From Candidatus Korarchaeum cryptofilum OPF8 (GTDB lineage: Archaea > Korarchaeota > Korarchaeia > Korarchaeales > Korarchaeaceae), in the NCBI RefSeq assembly GCF_000019605.1, contig NC_010482.1:840001-872000 (forward strand): a stretch of DNA of 32,000 nucleotides. The letters run 5' to 3'. Position numbers and translations under genes: made by a program. Each line of letters starts with the position of its first letter. Within the stretch, counting starts at the first letter, position 1. This document shows, piece after piece, positions 23,742-32,000 of the stretch. A model generated the notes under the pieces. The model had not been told where the DNA came from. It worked only from the letters and a program-made list of their open reading frames with translations, and did no database searches.

Positions 23742-23945
23742 TAGTAAAGTCTCCTTGAACTCCTCCTGTAGCCTCAGGTTTATCTCGAGCGCTTCACTGG
23801 CATTAGCATCTATTGTGACATAATAGATGTAGCCCCAATCCGGCTCATATTCCGCTTCAATTTTATATGGTAGCCTGGTCAACTTCCTCAGCTCCTGTGC
23901 TATTTCCCTGCTGATGTGCTCCTTTTCAACCTCAGATAAGCTCAA
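23697..23945 (-). CDS. Hypothetical protein (82 aa)
   Basis: An ORF with a TTG start. It is convergent with the PIN pseudogene and overlaps it by 45 nt. I recognise no family. Confidence 0.35.
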   Translation of the reverse strand: MSLSEVEKEHISREIAQELRKLTRLPYKIEAEYEPDWGYIYYVTIDANASEALEINLRLQEEFKETLLLGHFRPIDLQAKLL

Positions 23946-24173
23946 GGTATCGATCTCTATACAACTTCCGTGAACTTTATATGCTTAGAGGTCACATCCG
24001 GTCCGCTGAACAAGCTCTCGATACAGGCAGAGGGTGCGGACCTTCGGGATACCTCACCAAATCAGAATTCCAGCTATATGCCCCAGTGCATTTAGCAATT
24101 TCGTTCCCGGGATTCGTTAGCAGTATCCCTAGGGGGCCTTAGCGAGAGTATTTCACAGAAATGAAAAATTAAA

Positions 24174-24683
24174 TTAGAAGAGTATCCTCAATATCAGCGG
24201 AACTAGTATAGTTGAGGCCAGCGTGATCACTATAGCGACTAAAGATGCTTTAACGATGCCGTAAAGGTCGCTTATCCTCTCATTTATGCTATCCAATCTG
24301 GTATCTATGTAAGATTTAAGCTCAATCACTCTCGCATCCACATAAGATTTCAGCTCGGCCTCCAGCTTCTCCATGTTCTCCTTAGTAGCTTTTCTCAGCG
24401 CTTCTATATCCTCTCTAAGGGCCTCTATATCTTCTTTAGTCGCTTTTCTCAGCGCTTCTATATCCTCCTTAGTTGCCTCTCTAAGATCCTCTATATCCTC
24501 CTTAGTAGCTTTTCTGAGGGCCTCTATATCTTCTTTAGTCGCCATCTCCCTTGATAATGCCAGAAGTATTGCTCTCCTGAGCTCCCTATTCCTTAGAACC
24601 TCTGGTATGAGCTCCTCAGCTAAAGCTCTCCTCAGCTCCTCATCCTTCCTCAACTCCTCCAATAGCTGCCTGCCGTTTGACAT
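24174..24683 (-). CDS. Coiled-coil protein with 11-residue tandem repeats and C-terminal TM anchor (DUF1640-like)
   Basis: ATKEDIEALRK / ATKEDIEDLRE / ATKEDIEALRK / ATKEDIEALR / EDIEALRK / ATKENMEKL, then ...ISDLYGIVKASLVAIVITLASTILVPLILRILF. A TATA-like ctttttatatt lies ~30 nt upstream of the ATG. Confidence 0.6.
   Translation of the reverse strand: MSNGRQLLEELRKDEELRRALAEELIPEVLRNRELRRAILLALSREMATKEDIEALRKATKEDIEDLREATKEDIEALRKATKEDIEALREDIEALRKATKENMEKLEAELKSYVDARVIELKSYIDTRLDSINERISDLYGIVKASLVAIVITLASTILVPLILRILF
24363..24542 (-). repeat. In-frame tandem array of 33-nt units (about 5.5 copies, some near-identical)
   Basis: Read directly. Unit 24510-24542 and unit 24414-24443 differ at one position over 30 nt. 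Unit 24444-24476 and the partial unit 24390-24413 are identical over 24 nt. Confidence 0.85.
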
Positions 24684-24779
24684 ATCAAGTTAAGGAGCCC
24701 CCACCAATATAAAAAGATAACTGAGGCCCCGCAAAATTATTATAAAAGTATGATGATAGAGCTTATTATCTCATTTCCC

Positions 24780-27700
24780 TTAAGAGTGCCTGAGGGACTC
24801 CAGCAGCAGGGCAGATATGATGAGGGCCGCTACGACTAATGCTATCAATATGTATCCAACACTATATCCTGATCCCTGGACAGTTTCCTGAGGGATCTCG
24901 GAGCTATTGTTCCTATCAGAACTTTTGCTCAAATTAAATGAGTTACTCAGAGTTTCCTCGCTAATCGAGGTTTCATTAGCTCTCTCAGGTATCTTCGATG
25001 CCTCGCTAGAAGTTCTCGTTGAATTCCCGCTGACTCCGGATGAATCAATTCCCTTCGATGAGTTCCTCTCGATCCTCTCCACTACCACCTCTATTTCCTT
25101 CCTCAACTCCCCGACCTTGCCAGCGATCTCATAGCGGAGTATCGCTTCCTCCCTTATCTCACCCTCAGCTGCGGGAAGTAGTATGAATTGAGCATCGGCT
25201 CTCCCCTTGGGGGGTAGCTTGAGGTACCATATTAGCTCATCCCTCACAACCCTCTGCTCGCCGATCGTGATGAAAGTGCCAAGCAGCTTGAAGGACCTCA
25301 GGGGTATCCTCACTTCAGCTGATAAGTTTAGAGCGCCGGGATTGCTCACTCTCACCCTTAAGGGGAAGGGCCCCGGCTTGATGTTGCGATTCGCATACAA
25401 GGAGAGCTCTGGCTCGTAAGATGATGCGATCAGCGTGAAGGAGCTCACGTATCTGGAGAGGCCGGAGTGGAGGAGGGGCTTGAAATCATCCGAAGGTTCC
25501 TCTATATCGAACGATATCATGCAGGAAGATTCATTCATAGCTCTGAGGTTGAGGTAGCCCCTCGGTCTCTGCAACTTCGAGCCGTTCGATAGCTGAATGG
25601 AATCCAAGCTTAGAAGCCATCCCTCGCATCCCTTCAATGAGGTAGTGAAGTTCCCGTAAATGGATAAGTTCATCAAGACCCTGACATCCTCATTGAGTGG
25701 AGCATATACTTCTAGCGAGGAGAGGGGCCTCATGGTGGCATCGTACCTCACTCCAGTCAGGGGATCATCGCTCCTCTCATCGTAGACGATGCAACCGGAG
25801 GATAAGCAGGATATATTGGCCTGAACCCTGAGGGGATCGCCTAAATATGTCTCCGCTATGCCCGTTATGTTGAGCACGTAAGTGCCGTAGGGGTCGATGG
25901 GGCTCCTCAATATCAGCTCCCTGTCCTCGAGCTCGAAGCTCCCCTTAGCCCAGCTCTCATTCATGAGGGGGGTGAAGCCATCCGGAAGCCTCAGCTTTGA
26001 GAGGACGCTCAGCTTCCTATCGCAATCGCTACCGATCCTCAGGGCATAACTGACCCTTTTCCCTGGACTTATTGGGTATATGGAGCTAGCGTTGAGCTCA
26101 GCCCATACTCTGCATGTGATGGCTTCAGTAGGAGTCTCGGTGGGAGTAGGAGTCGTGGGCGCAGCGTATACGAGGGATGCGTACTGATACCTGAAGGCCC
26201 CGGAGCCTGGAGGGGATTCCAAGGCTCCACCGGATTCATCGGGATCTATAAGGCCATTCCAGTAGTATATGGAGCTCAGCATCTCCCCTGATACGGAGAA
26301 TCTATGCGGATTATAGTTCCTCACGACGAAATCAGAGAGCTCCTCCTCAACTATCCAGAGCCACTTCGTCACATTATTCAGATCGAAGCCCGGAGGGCCG
26401 CAGTTCCCGTCGTAGCAGTAAGCGGTGTAATCTGGGGAGGAATCACCGTTCCTGTATATCTCCACGGTCCCGCTCAATGGATTACCGCTGCTATCGTGTA
26501 GCTTCACGTGCCCGAACCAGATCTTAACGGCATCCTTGGGGCTGTTGGGCCAGATGAGATTCTCGCTATTGAGGGAGTCGAGGGATGCCCACGGATTATC
26601 CAGTATGAAGATGCCATACTGCCCATTTCCCTCTATGAAATTGAAGGAGAGCCCTGAGCCGCTCGTCGCAGATGATATGACATCATCTGAGTAGGTTGAG
26701 GGGCTAGTCGCCATGGGGCCGGAGCCGAAGAAGGGCTCTATCCTGACCCCGCTTCCATCGTTCTCGTATATATCGTTACTTGAGGCGAAGCCTGAGGAAC
26801 CTATCCAATATATTCCATGTAGGGAATTATCATAAATAAAATTATCAGAAATTGCAAAATTTGTTGCTTTTATTAATATGATCCCGCTCCCTCTGTTGCT
26901 CGCCACCTCGTTATTACTCAGTGAGGTCGAGTCCGGGCCGGGACCGATGGACCCGGTGGCATAAACGGGGAAGGGGTAATGGATGTCTGGGGATGCAGCA
27001 CTTATGACGGCTATACCTGCCCCATTCCCTGAATTCCTATCGCCTAAATATGAACCATCCCTCGCGAATGATCCCACTCTATTATTTATTATTACGTTGC
27101 GGTTCGATGGACCCACCACAGCTATTCCCTCGTAGCGATGACCCGCGATTATGTTACCATCAATCACATTATCAGATGAACCATCCCCGATCCATATCCC
27201 TATATAGCAGTAATCTAGTAGGGGATCGCACCCAATGAAGTTTCCCTCTATCGTGTTACCATTAGTATCGCTTCCTCTGAGCAGTAAGTTCTGATAGCCG
27301 TTATAGGAGATATCGTTCCCATATATGTAATTTTTATTTGGGCCATTTACCAGCGATATTCCGCCCATTGCGTTAGGATGCGGGTTCCCTGAATCATCCA
27401 GGCCTATCTTATTGTAAGCTATCGTAACACCGTAAACATTGCCCATTAAGAGGATTCCCTCGGCCCCATTCCCATATACGAAATTCCCCGAGGAGGAATC
27501 CGCAGTATTCCCTATATTTATGTTCGATAAGTCCCCCGTTACCGTTATCCCCTGAAGGCTGTTGGAGTATATGTAACTCCTCAGGATGTAGATTGAGGTG
27601 GAGCCGGGGCCTCCGATGTACACGCCCTGCCCGTTATCGTGTATCCGCAGGCCCGATGCCGTTAGCTTGGATCCAGCTATGCTATTGGAGTAAATGACTA

Positions 27701-28160
27701 ACCCGAAGCTGCAGTCTGAGATCTCAACGTTATCAAGTGAGAGCTGGCCCTGAGGTGATGCGATTATTCCTGAGGTGAAGCCCTTCACTTTTATGTTCTT
27801 AACTTCGACATCGGGGTCATCGGAGCCGTCCCATGCAACTATTTGGAGAGCGTAGCTTACGCTACTGTCACCGTTTAAAGTGATCCTAGAATCGCCATCT
27901 ATTACTAGAGGGCATGTTATCGTGGGTAGAGGTGAGCTCAGGTGAATCTCCCCTGAAATAGCGAAGTTTATGAGATCCTTAGCATCCCAGCAGTCCGATT
28001 GAGCAGCATTTATAGCTTCCCTCAGTGTGCAATCCGAATCGCAGCTCCCATCATCGTGATCATCGAGTGTCGTGACGGTATAAGTGCCCGCCCGGGCCTG
28101 GATGAAACTGGCTAGGAGTAGGACTGCGAGGAGCGAGAGCATTAATGTATACTTCATCAC
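24780..28160 (-). CDS. Large secreted surface protein: signal peptide, CSLREA-like N-terminal motif, right-handed beta-helix (PbH1) repeats, T/P linker, Ig-like/DUF11-like region, S/N-rich stalk, C-terminal TM anchor
   Basis: MMKYTLMLSLLAVLLLASFIQARA signal, then TVTTLDDHDDGSCDSDCTLREAINAA. Many N-x-I/V-x-x-N-type turns follow (ISDNFIYDNSLHGIYW, NDIYENDGSGVRI, NVIINNRVG). Further features are the APTTPTPTETPTEA linker, numerous N-x-S/T sequons, and a terminal GYILIALVVAALIISALLL helix. Confidence 0.8.
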   Translation of the reverse strand: MMKYTLMLSLLAVLLLASFIQARAGTYTVTTLDDHDDGSCDSDCTLREAINAAQSDCWDAKDLINFAISGEIHLSSPLPTITCPLVIDGDSRITLNGDSSVSYALQIVAWDGSDDPDVEVKNIKVKGFTSGIIASPQGQLSLDNVEISDCSFGLVIYSNSIAGSKLTASGLRIHDNGQGVYIGGPGSTSIYILRSYIYSNSLQGITVTGDLSNINIGNTADSSSGNFVYGNGAEGILLMGNVYGVTIAYNKIGLDDSGNPHPNAMGGISLVNGPNKNYIYGNDISYNGYQNLLLRGSDTNGNTIEGNFIGCDPLLDYCYIGIWIGDGSSDNVIDGNIIAGHRYEGIAVVGPSNRNVIINNRVGSFARDGSYLGDRNSGNGAGIAVISAASPDIHYPFPVYATGSIGPGPDSTSLSNNEVASNRGSGIILIKATNFAISDNFIYDNSLHGIYWIGSSGFASSNDIYENDGSGVRIEPFFGSGPMATSPSTYSDDVISSATSGSGLSFNFIEGNGQYGIFILDNPWASLDSLNSENLIWPNSPKDAVKIWFGHVKLHDSSGNPLSGTVEIYRNGDSSPDYTAYCYDGNCGPPGFDLNNVTKWLWIVEEELSDFVVRNYNPHRFSVSGEMLSSIYYWNGLIDPDESGGALESPPGSGAFRYQYASLVYAAPTTPTPTETPTEAITCRVWAELNASSIYPISPGKRVSYALRIGSDCDRKLSVLSKLRLPDGFTPLMNESWAKGSFELEDRELILRSPIDPYGTYVLNITGIAETYLGDPLRVQANISCLSSGCIVYDERSDDPLTGVRYDATMRPLSSLEVYAPLNEDVRVLMNLSIYGNFTTSLKGCEGWLLSLDSIQLSNGSKLQRPRGYLNLRAMNESSCMISFDIEEPSDDFKPLLHSGLSRYVSSFTLIASSYEPELSLYANRNIKPGPFPLRVRVSNPGALNLSAEVRIPLRSFKLLGTFITIGEQRVVRDELIWYLKLPPKGRADAQFILLPAAEGEIREEAILRYEIAGKVGELRKEIEVVVERIERNSSKGIDSSGVSGNSTRTSSEASKIPERANETSISEETLSNSFNLSKSSDRNNSSEIPQETVQGSGYSVGYILIALVVAALIISALLLESLRHS

Positions 28161-28214
28161 ACCTGCAAGCTCAGGAAAAAATTAAAAAACTTTCGATTGA
28201 AGTTTCTCCCTGGA

Positions 28215-29246
28215 TCAGGAAGCTCTCTCATTATTTAAGGTGAGATAAGCTATCCCCCTCTCCCTGAAGGGCCAAGGTACTGCGCTCTCGCAACTCTCAC
28301 TCGATAACCTGACCATCCCCTTACGCATCTGAGAATCGATCCAGATATCTGGGGCTGACGGATATAGCGCGTAGAAGCTCACCAGCTTCCCCCTAACCTT
28401 AGCCCCCCTTAGCTCGAACTTCCTCCTCATGCTCCAATCCGAGAGCTCCTTCGATAGCTGATCAAGTACATCTGATAGTTTCTGGTTCAATATAGGTCTC
28501 GCATGAATCATTCTCTTCATCTTAGAAATTATGGAGCTTCTGAGCTCCCTATAGCTCTCGCTAACTCTCTGAGCTAGCCTGAGGAGGTCCAGAGAATCCC
28601 TCTTAGGCTGGGGGAGTTGAGCTCTGTACTCCTCACTCGAATGGAGTATCCTGGGGAGTAATTGGGGCACGCCCATAATGGAGCTACTGTCTAAGTAGGC
28701 CATCATCATAGTTGAGAAAGCAGCGGGATATACTACGAGCCTAAGGAGCTTCTCCAGATCTTCAGCTGTCTTAACGAAATTATCCATCCCTAAGCCGAAG
28801 AGTGAGACGAACTCCCTGGCTCTCTGCCCGAAGAGCAATTGGGATTCCCTAGCTAGCTTCAGATAGAATTCCCTCAGGTCCCTCAGGCCCATCCCTTGAG
28901 TAGAGGAGATGTTGAGGAGCCTCCAGGCCAATGAGAACAGGAATACCTCCCTGAAAGGATAGGGGAGCCCGCTTCTTCCTCTATCATCGAATAAATTTAT
29001 CATCTCCTCATTCTGGAGCCTCATGAGGTCTTTAGTCCTCATCCCAGTCTCCCCCTCGTTCAGGGGGACGGCTGGCGGACCCGCTAGTATGATCGCTTCC
29101 GTAAGCGAGATGCCGGAGTGAGCGGTCCAGAGTATTGAGTCCTCGATCTCGGGGCAGAAGTGCCTTATCGATAGAGGCCTCCCCCTTAAGAAATCTAAGG
29201 TTAGATGGAGTAAGCGATCGAGCCTCAGCTCCCAGTGGGAGCTCAT
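28215..29246 (-). CDS. Hypothetical cytoplasmic protein (343 aa), no recognisable family
   Basis: A long ORF with host-like codon usage. Its start is 3 nt after the stop of the upstream gene 29250..29738, which suggests an operon. Confidence 0.55.
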   Translation of the reverse strand: MSSHWELRLDRLLHLTLDFLRGRPLSIRHFCPEIEDSILWTAHSGISLTEAIILAGPPAVPLNEGETGMRTKDLMRLQNEEMINLFDDRGRSGLPYPFREVFLFSLAWRLLNISSTQGMGLRDLREFYLKLARESQLLFGQRAREFVSLFGLGMDNFVKTAEDLEKLLRLVVYPAAFSTMMMAYLDSSSIMGVPQLLPRILHSSEEYRAQLPQPKRDSLDLLRLAQRVSESYRELRSSIISKMKRMIHARPILNQKLSDVLDQLSKELSDWSMRRKFELRGAKVRGKLVSFYALYPSAPDIWIDSQMRKGMVRLSSESCESAVPWPFRERGIAYLTLNNERAS

Positions 29247-29249
29247 AAC

Positions 29250-29738
29250 TCAGCCACCCATAGGCACTAAGACTAGAGCTACACCGGGGGACCCCATATA
29301 AGATTTGAGCTCACTCATCCCCTTGATTATGAAGGTATTGGCTGCCCTATAGGTTCCGAACCTATCGTTGCCGGCTATTATAACGATGTACTTCCCCCAA
29401 GCTCTCTTTATGAAATAATAAGCGTAACCCTTCCTCTCCAGATTAGCCTTCTCCTCCCCCGAGAACAGGGGGGCTACGAGCTCGCTCACTCCAGCGGCTT
29501 TATGGCCCCCCAGTACTATGAGGAACTGGCAGTACTTTAAGGCATCCGCTAGCCTCTCCGGCGGGAATATCTCGACCTCGAAACCCATAGCAGTTAAAGA
29601 GGACTTTAGCTTCTCAGCAGTTGGCATATCGATGCTGTTTGAGATTATCGCCACCGGTCCGGTTAGCTCGATCGAGGAAACCGGATATAAGCTCAGGATC
29701 ATCAGCAGGATCATGAAGCAAGCGAAGTACCTCAACAT
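29250..29738 (-). CDS. Small exported/anchored protein with a possible cell-wall-binding-repeat-2-like domain
   Basis: An N-terminal hydrophobic segment MLRYFACFMILLMILSLYPVSS. IIAGNDRFGTYRAANTFI resembles the G-x-DRY-x-T motif of CWB2 repeats, but the similarity is weak. Confidence 0.5.
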   Translation of the reverse strand: MLRYFACFMILLMILSLYPVSSIELTGPVAIISNSIDMPTAEKLKSSLTAMGFEVEIFPPERLADALKYCQFLIVLGGHKAAGVSELVAPLFSGEEKANLERKGYAYYFIKRAWGKYIVIIAGNDRFGTYRAANTFIIKGMSELKSYMGSPGVALVLVPMGG

Positions 29739-29941
29739 CCCGCTTCAATGACGGGAGCCAAATAAATAGTTATCGCTATATTACAAATTCATCCGAACCA
29801 GAGCTCGAGGAGACCGGAAAGCTTATTATGAATCGCTGTATTTAAGCCCGGGCCGATGATGATAATTCCTTTAACCCCTCGATGGGGTGAGACGGGCGGT
29901 CTGAGGTCTCTGATATCGAATTGCCACAAAAAGGAGAAAAA

Positions 29942-30589
29942 TTAGGATGTGCCCATAGCCTCATTCATCATCAAGGCTAGGGATTTCCCGTAGAATACCT
30001 CTAGTAAGGCCCCCAATATTGATCCTACTACCCAGTGTATCGCTGAGCCTATAGTCGCAGCTATGAGCCCGATTACGAACATCACCACTAACCAGAGGAT
30101 ATAGTTCCCGAGACCGATCCTCTGGATCAGCTGCCAGTTCTCGCTGAATGCGAATATCTTAGAGAAGTTCCCAGTCCTTATCATATTTCCTATTGCTATG
30201 ACTCCGAATATCGCGAAGATAAAAGCTAGGATCACTCCGACTATTACGAGGCCGCTCGATAGTAGTGAGGAGAGCAACGACATAGGTGAGTAGAATGCGT
30301 ATCCACCTATGGAAAATGCTATACCGACTCCCAAGATTATTATTGGGACTATCATGTAGATTATCGCAGCGATTACTACAAGGAGCCCATCGATGAATAA
30401 CTTCCCGTAGTCGGAGAGCTTCGGTGGCTCCTCAGGGTTTTCCCTGACTATCCTCGCGAAATAGCCCGTGACGATTAAGTTGACGATCGGTATTATTCCT
30501 AAAACGATGAGGATTAGCAGATTCCCTGCATCGCTAAAAAGTTTGCCGACGAAGGAGGCTGATCTATTGAGGTTATCCGACAGATCCAT
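29942..30589 (-). CDS. DUF4013-family integral membrane protein
   Basis: LILIVLGIIPIVNLIVTGYFARIVRENPEEPPKLSDYGKLFIDGL... matches the characteristic DUF4013 N-terminal pattern. There are several TM helices. Confidence 0.65.
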   Translation of the reverse strand: MDLSDNLNRSASFVGKLFSDAGNLLILIVLGIIPIVNLIVTGYFARIVRENPEEPPKLSDYGKLFIDGLLVVIAAIIYMIVPIIILGVGIAFSIGGYAFYSPMSLLSSLLSSGLVIVGVILAFIFAIFGVIAIGNMIRTGNFSKIFAFSENWQLIQRIGLGNYILWLVVMFVIGLIAATIGSAIHWVVGSILGALLEVFYGKSLALMMNEAMGTS

Positions 30590-30823
30590 GCGAACCCCCT
30601 CTCTTCTATCCCTATTCTTTATTAAGTTTTCTGGGGGGAGATCATGTTTCCATTTTTAATCATTTCAATATTTTGTCAAATCTTTTAAGAGATATACATT
30701 AAGCATATACTCTGAATAGGATAAGGGATTATTCAGTAAGTTAATCGACCAGATAATGCTTTTCAAATCCCTGGATCTTATAAAAAATTTATGGATTCTG
30801 TTATCCAAGCTTTCTAGCACATT

Positions 30824-31927
30824 TTAGAGTATTATGAGCTCCCTACTCGTCTTAGTGAGCCTCTCTCCCCTCCCATTTATTACAGCCACATCATCCTCTA
30901 TCCTGATGCCGAATTCCCCTTCAAGGTAAATTCCAGGTTCTATCGTGAAGGTCATACCATTCCTCAGCTCCACATCGCTATTCTGGGCTATATATGGCTC
31001 CTCATGTATATCTAAGCCCAGGCCATGCCCAGTCCTATGTGTGAATCTCTCCCCATACCCCTTGCTCGCTATTATTTTTCTAGCAACAGCATCTATCTCC
31101 TTAGCTATAACTCCCTCCCTAACAGCTTGAAAAGCTTCCTCCTGAGCCTCCTTAACTATGTTGTAGACCTCTAGACCCCTCTCTGAGGGCTTGCCTATGG
31201 AGAAGGTCCTCGTTATATCGGAGCAATAGCCCTTATACTTAGCTCCGAAGTCCAGTATGAGGAGATCTCCCTCAGATATCCTCCTCTCCGTCGGTGTGTG
31301 ATGGGGGTTAGCTCCATTCGGGCCTGAAGCTACTATAGCATCGAAAGAGAATTTATCGGCACCCAGATCAACTATCTCATTCTCTATGAATCTAGCTATC
31401 TCCTTCTCCTTTCTACCGACCAATTTCTCGCTTATAACACTCTCTATTACCTTATCAGCTATCTTAGCAGCTTCCCTCATCAGTTTTATCTCCTCATCAT
31501 CCTTCACGATCCTGAGCTTTGAGATGAGAGGGCCCAGGGGAGTTAGATCGTATGCCCTCAGGCTCTCATAAGCCCTCAGTATATGAGCAGCCTGCATATT
31601 ATCATCTATAGCTATCTTCCCACTTCTCCCAAAGCTCTTCCTTATCAAGTCACTTAGGATGGCATATGGGTTCTCAGAATCGCTCCATATGACTATATTT
31701 TCTATCCAGCACCCCCTAAGCTCATTCTCATACAACTTCGGTGCGATGAGAGTTACTCCCCCATCTGGGGAAATTAGGAGGGCGAAGAGCCTCTCCAAGG
31801 TAGCTGAAGGTGAGAGACCTGTCAGATAAAAGAGGTTCGTTCCCGGCGAAATTATGGCGCCTGAAATACCTGAATCCACCATTAGAGACGTTAGCTTCTC
31901 AATCCTCCTATTGAAATGAGCGGCCAT
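30824..31927 (-). CDS. pepQ: Xaa-Pro dipeptidase / aminopeptidase P (M24B family)
   Basis: It has the creatinase-like N-domain plus the pita-bread fold. Metal ligand contexts are LILDFGAKYKGYCSDITRT, HRTGHGLGLDIHE, TIEPGIY and IRIEDDV. ATG 31927 is preferred over TTG 31945. Confidence 0.85.
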   Translation of the reverse strand: MAAHFNRRIEKLTSLMVDSGISGAIISPGTNLFYLTGLSPSATLERLFALLISPDGGVTLIAPKLYENELRGCWIENIVIWSDSENPYAILSDLIRKSFGRSGKIAIDDNMQAAHILRAYESLRAYDLTPLGPLISKLRIVKDDEEIKLMREAAKIADKVIESVISEKLVGRKEKEIARFIENEIVDLGADKFSFDAIVASGPNGANPHHTPTERRISEGDLLILDFGAKYKGYCSDITRTFSIGKPSERGLEVYNIVKEAQEEAFQAVREGVIAKEIDAVARKIIASKGYGERFTHRTGHGLGLDIHEEPYIAQNSDVELRNGMTFTIEPGIYLEGEFGIRIEDDVAVINGRGERLTKTSRELIIL

Positions 31928-31950
31928 ATCAACACCACCTACCAAAAAAA

Positions 31951-32000
31951 TTAAAGTTTTATCTTCGGAGCCAGGACCCAGAGGACCCTGACTTCCTCAT
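31951..32000 (-). CDS. 3' end of an unidentified gene entering from beyond the window
   Basis: The minus frame reads ...EEVRVLWVLAPKIKL* with TAA at 31951-31953. Only 16 codons are visible. Confidence 0.2.
   Translation of the reverse strand, partial: EEVRVLWVLAPKIKL

Noticed and set aside
20766-24035. Shared motif ggtccgct...ctcgata(a/c)agg at about 20767-20792 and about 24001-24030
   Set aside because: There are two short blocks (8 + 7 nt) with an 8-nt gap difference. They may be relics of related gene ends, but this is too short to call a repeat or att site without a genome-wide count.
24373-24693. Regularly spaced repeats considered as a possible CRISPR-like array, and the + strand 106-aa ORF
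   Set aside because: The units are contiguous 33-nt in-frame coding repeats with no spacers. They translate into a coherent ATKEDIEALRK coiled coil on the minus strand. The + strand ORF is the S/L-rich antisense shadow.
29851-29913. C/D-box sRNA-like arrangement: ATGATGA (29856-29862) and CTGA (29901-29904; another at 29910-29913), with spacing that fits C-12-D'-3-C'-12-D (49 nt)
   Set aside because: The internal D'/C' positions read CCCC and ATGGGGT, which could not form a K-loop. The flanks cannot form a terminal stem, and the TATA-like element is not at the right distance. This is worth an Rfam or snoscan check, but I cannot support it.
1-32000. Search by eye for tRNA (GTTCRAATC T-loops), rRNA, and CRISPR repeat-spacer arrays
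   Set aside because: I found none. T-loop-like strings occur only inside well-supported coding regions.

Overview
This is an archaeal chromosomal window. The evidence is a set of archaea-specific families (MptA, MptE, PaREP1, Arch_ATPase/DUF234), AGG/ATA-rich codon usage, and TATA-like boxes about 25 nt upstream of apparently leaderless starts. It looks like a thermophilic TACK-type archaeon, but that is inference only. All calls come from reading the sequence and ORF track by eye; no searches were run.

Layout:
(1) 1-4.3 kb: a partial L-serine dehydratase, then a pterin (H4MPT/folate-type) cluster of mptA, a DHPS-like gene with an extra C-terminal domain, mptE, and a CofE-family ligase.
(2) 4.3-7.1 kb: small ORFs including a UPF0175-type antitoxin with a decayed PIN-like remnant, a GC-rich structured intergenic segment, and uppP.
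(3) 7.2-16.7 kb: a surface-glycan locus. It has a visibly AT-rich block (methyltransferase plus three glycosyltransferases), then rmlA (frameshifted)-rmlB-rmlD-rmlC and a Wzx-like flippase.
(4) 17.1-24.7 kb: an accessory 'junkyard'. It holds an ORF desert, two frameshifted PaREP1 genes, two coiled-coil/TM-anchored repeat proteins, an Arch_ATPase gene and a decayed vapBC. It also holds an intact solo TnpB (IS200/IS605-type RNA-guided nuclease) abutting a 5'-truncated ORF and a nonsense-mutated PIN gene.
(5) 24.8-32 kb: a 1126-aa secreted beta-helix surface protein with two upstream partner genes, a DUF4013 membrane protein, and an Xaa-Pro dipeptidase.

I saw no rRNA, tRNA or CRISPR array. The best candidates for new biology are the TnpB/omega-RNA element and its context, and the recurrent pattern of dead toxin next to surviving antitoxin. 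Others are the unexplained components of the pterin cluster, the repeat-bearing membrane-anchored coiled-coil proteins, and the surface-protein operon.
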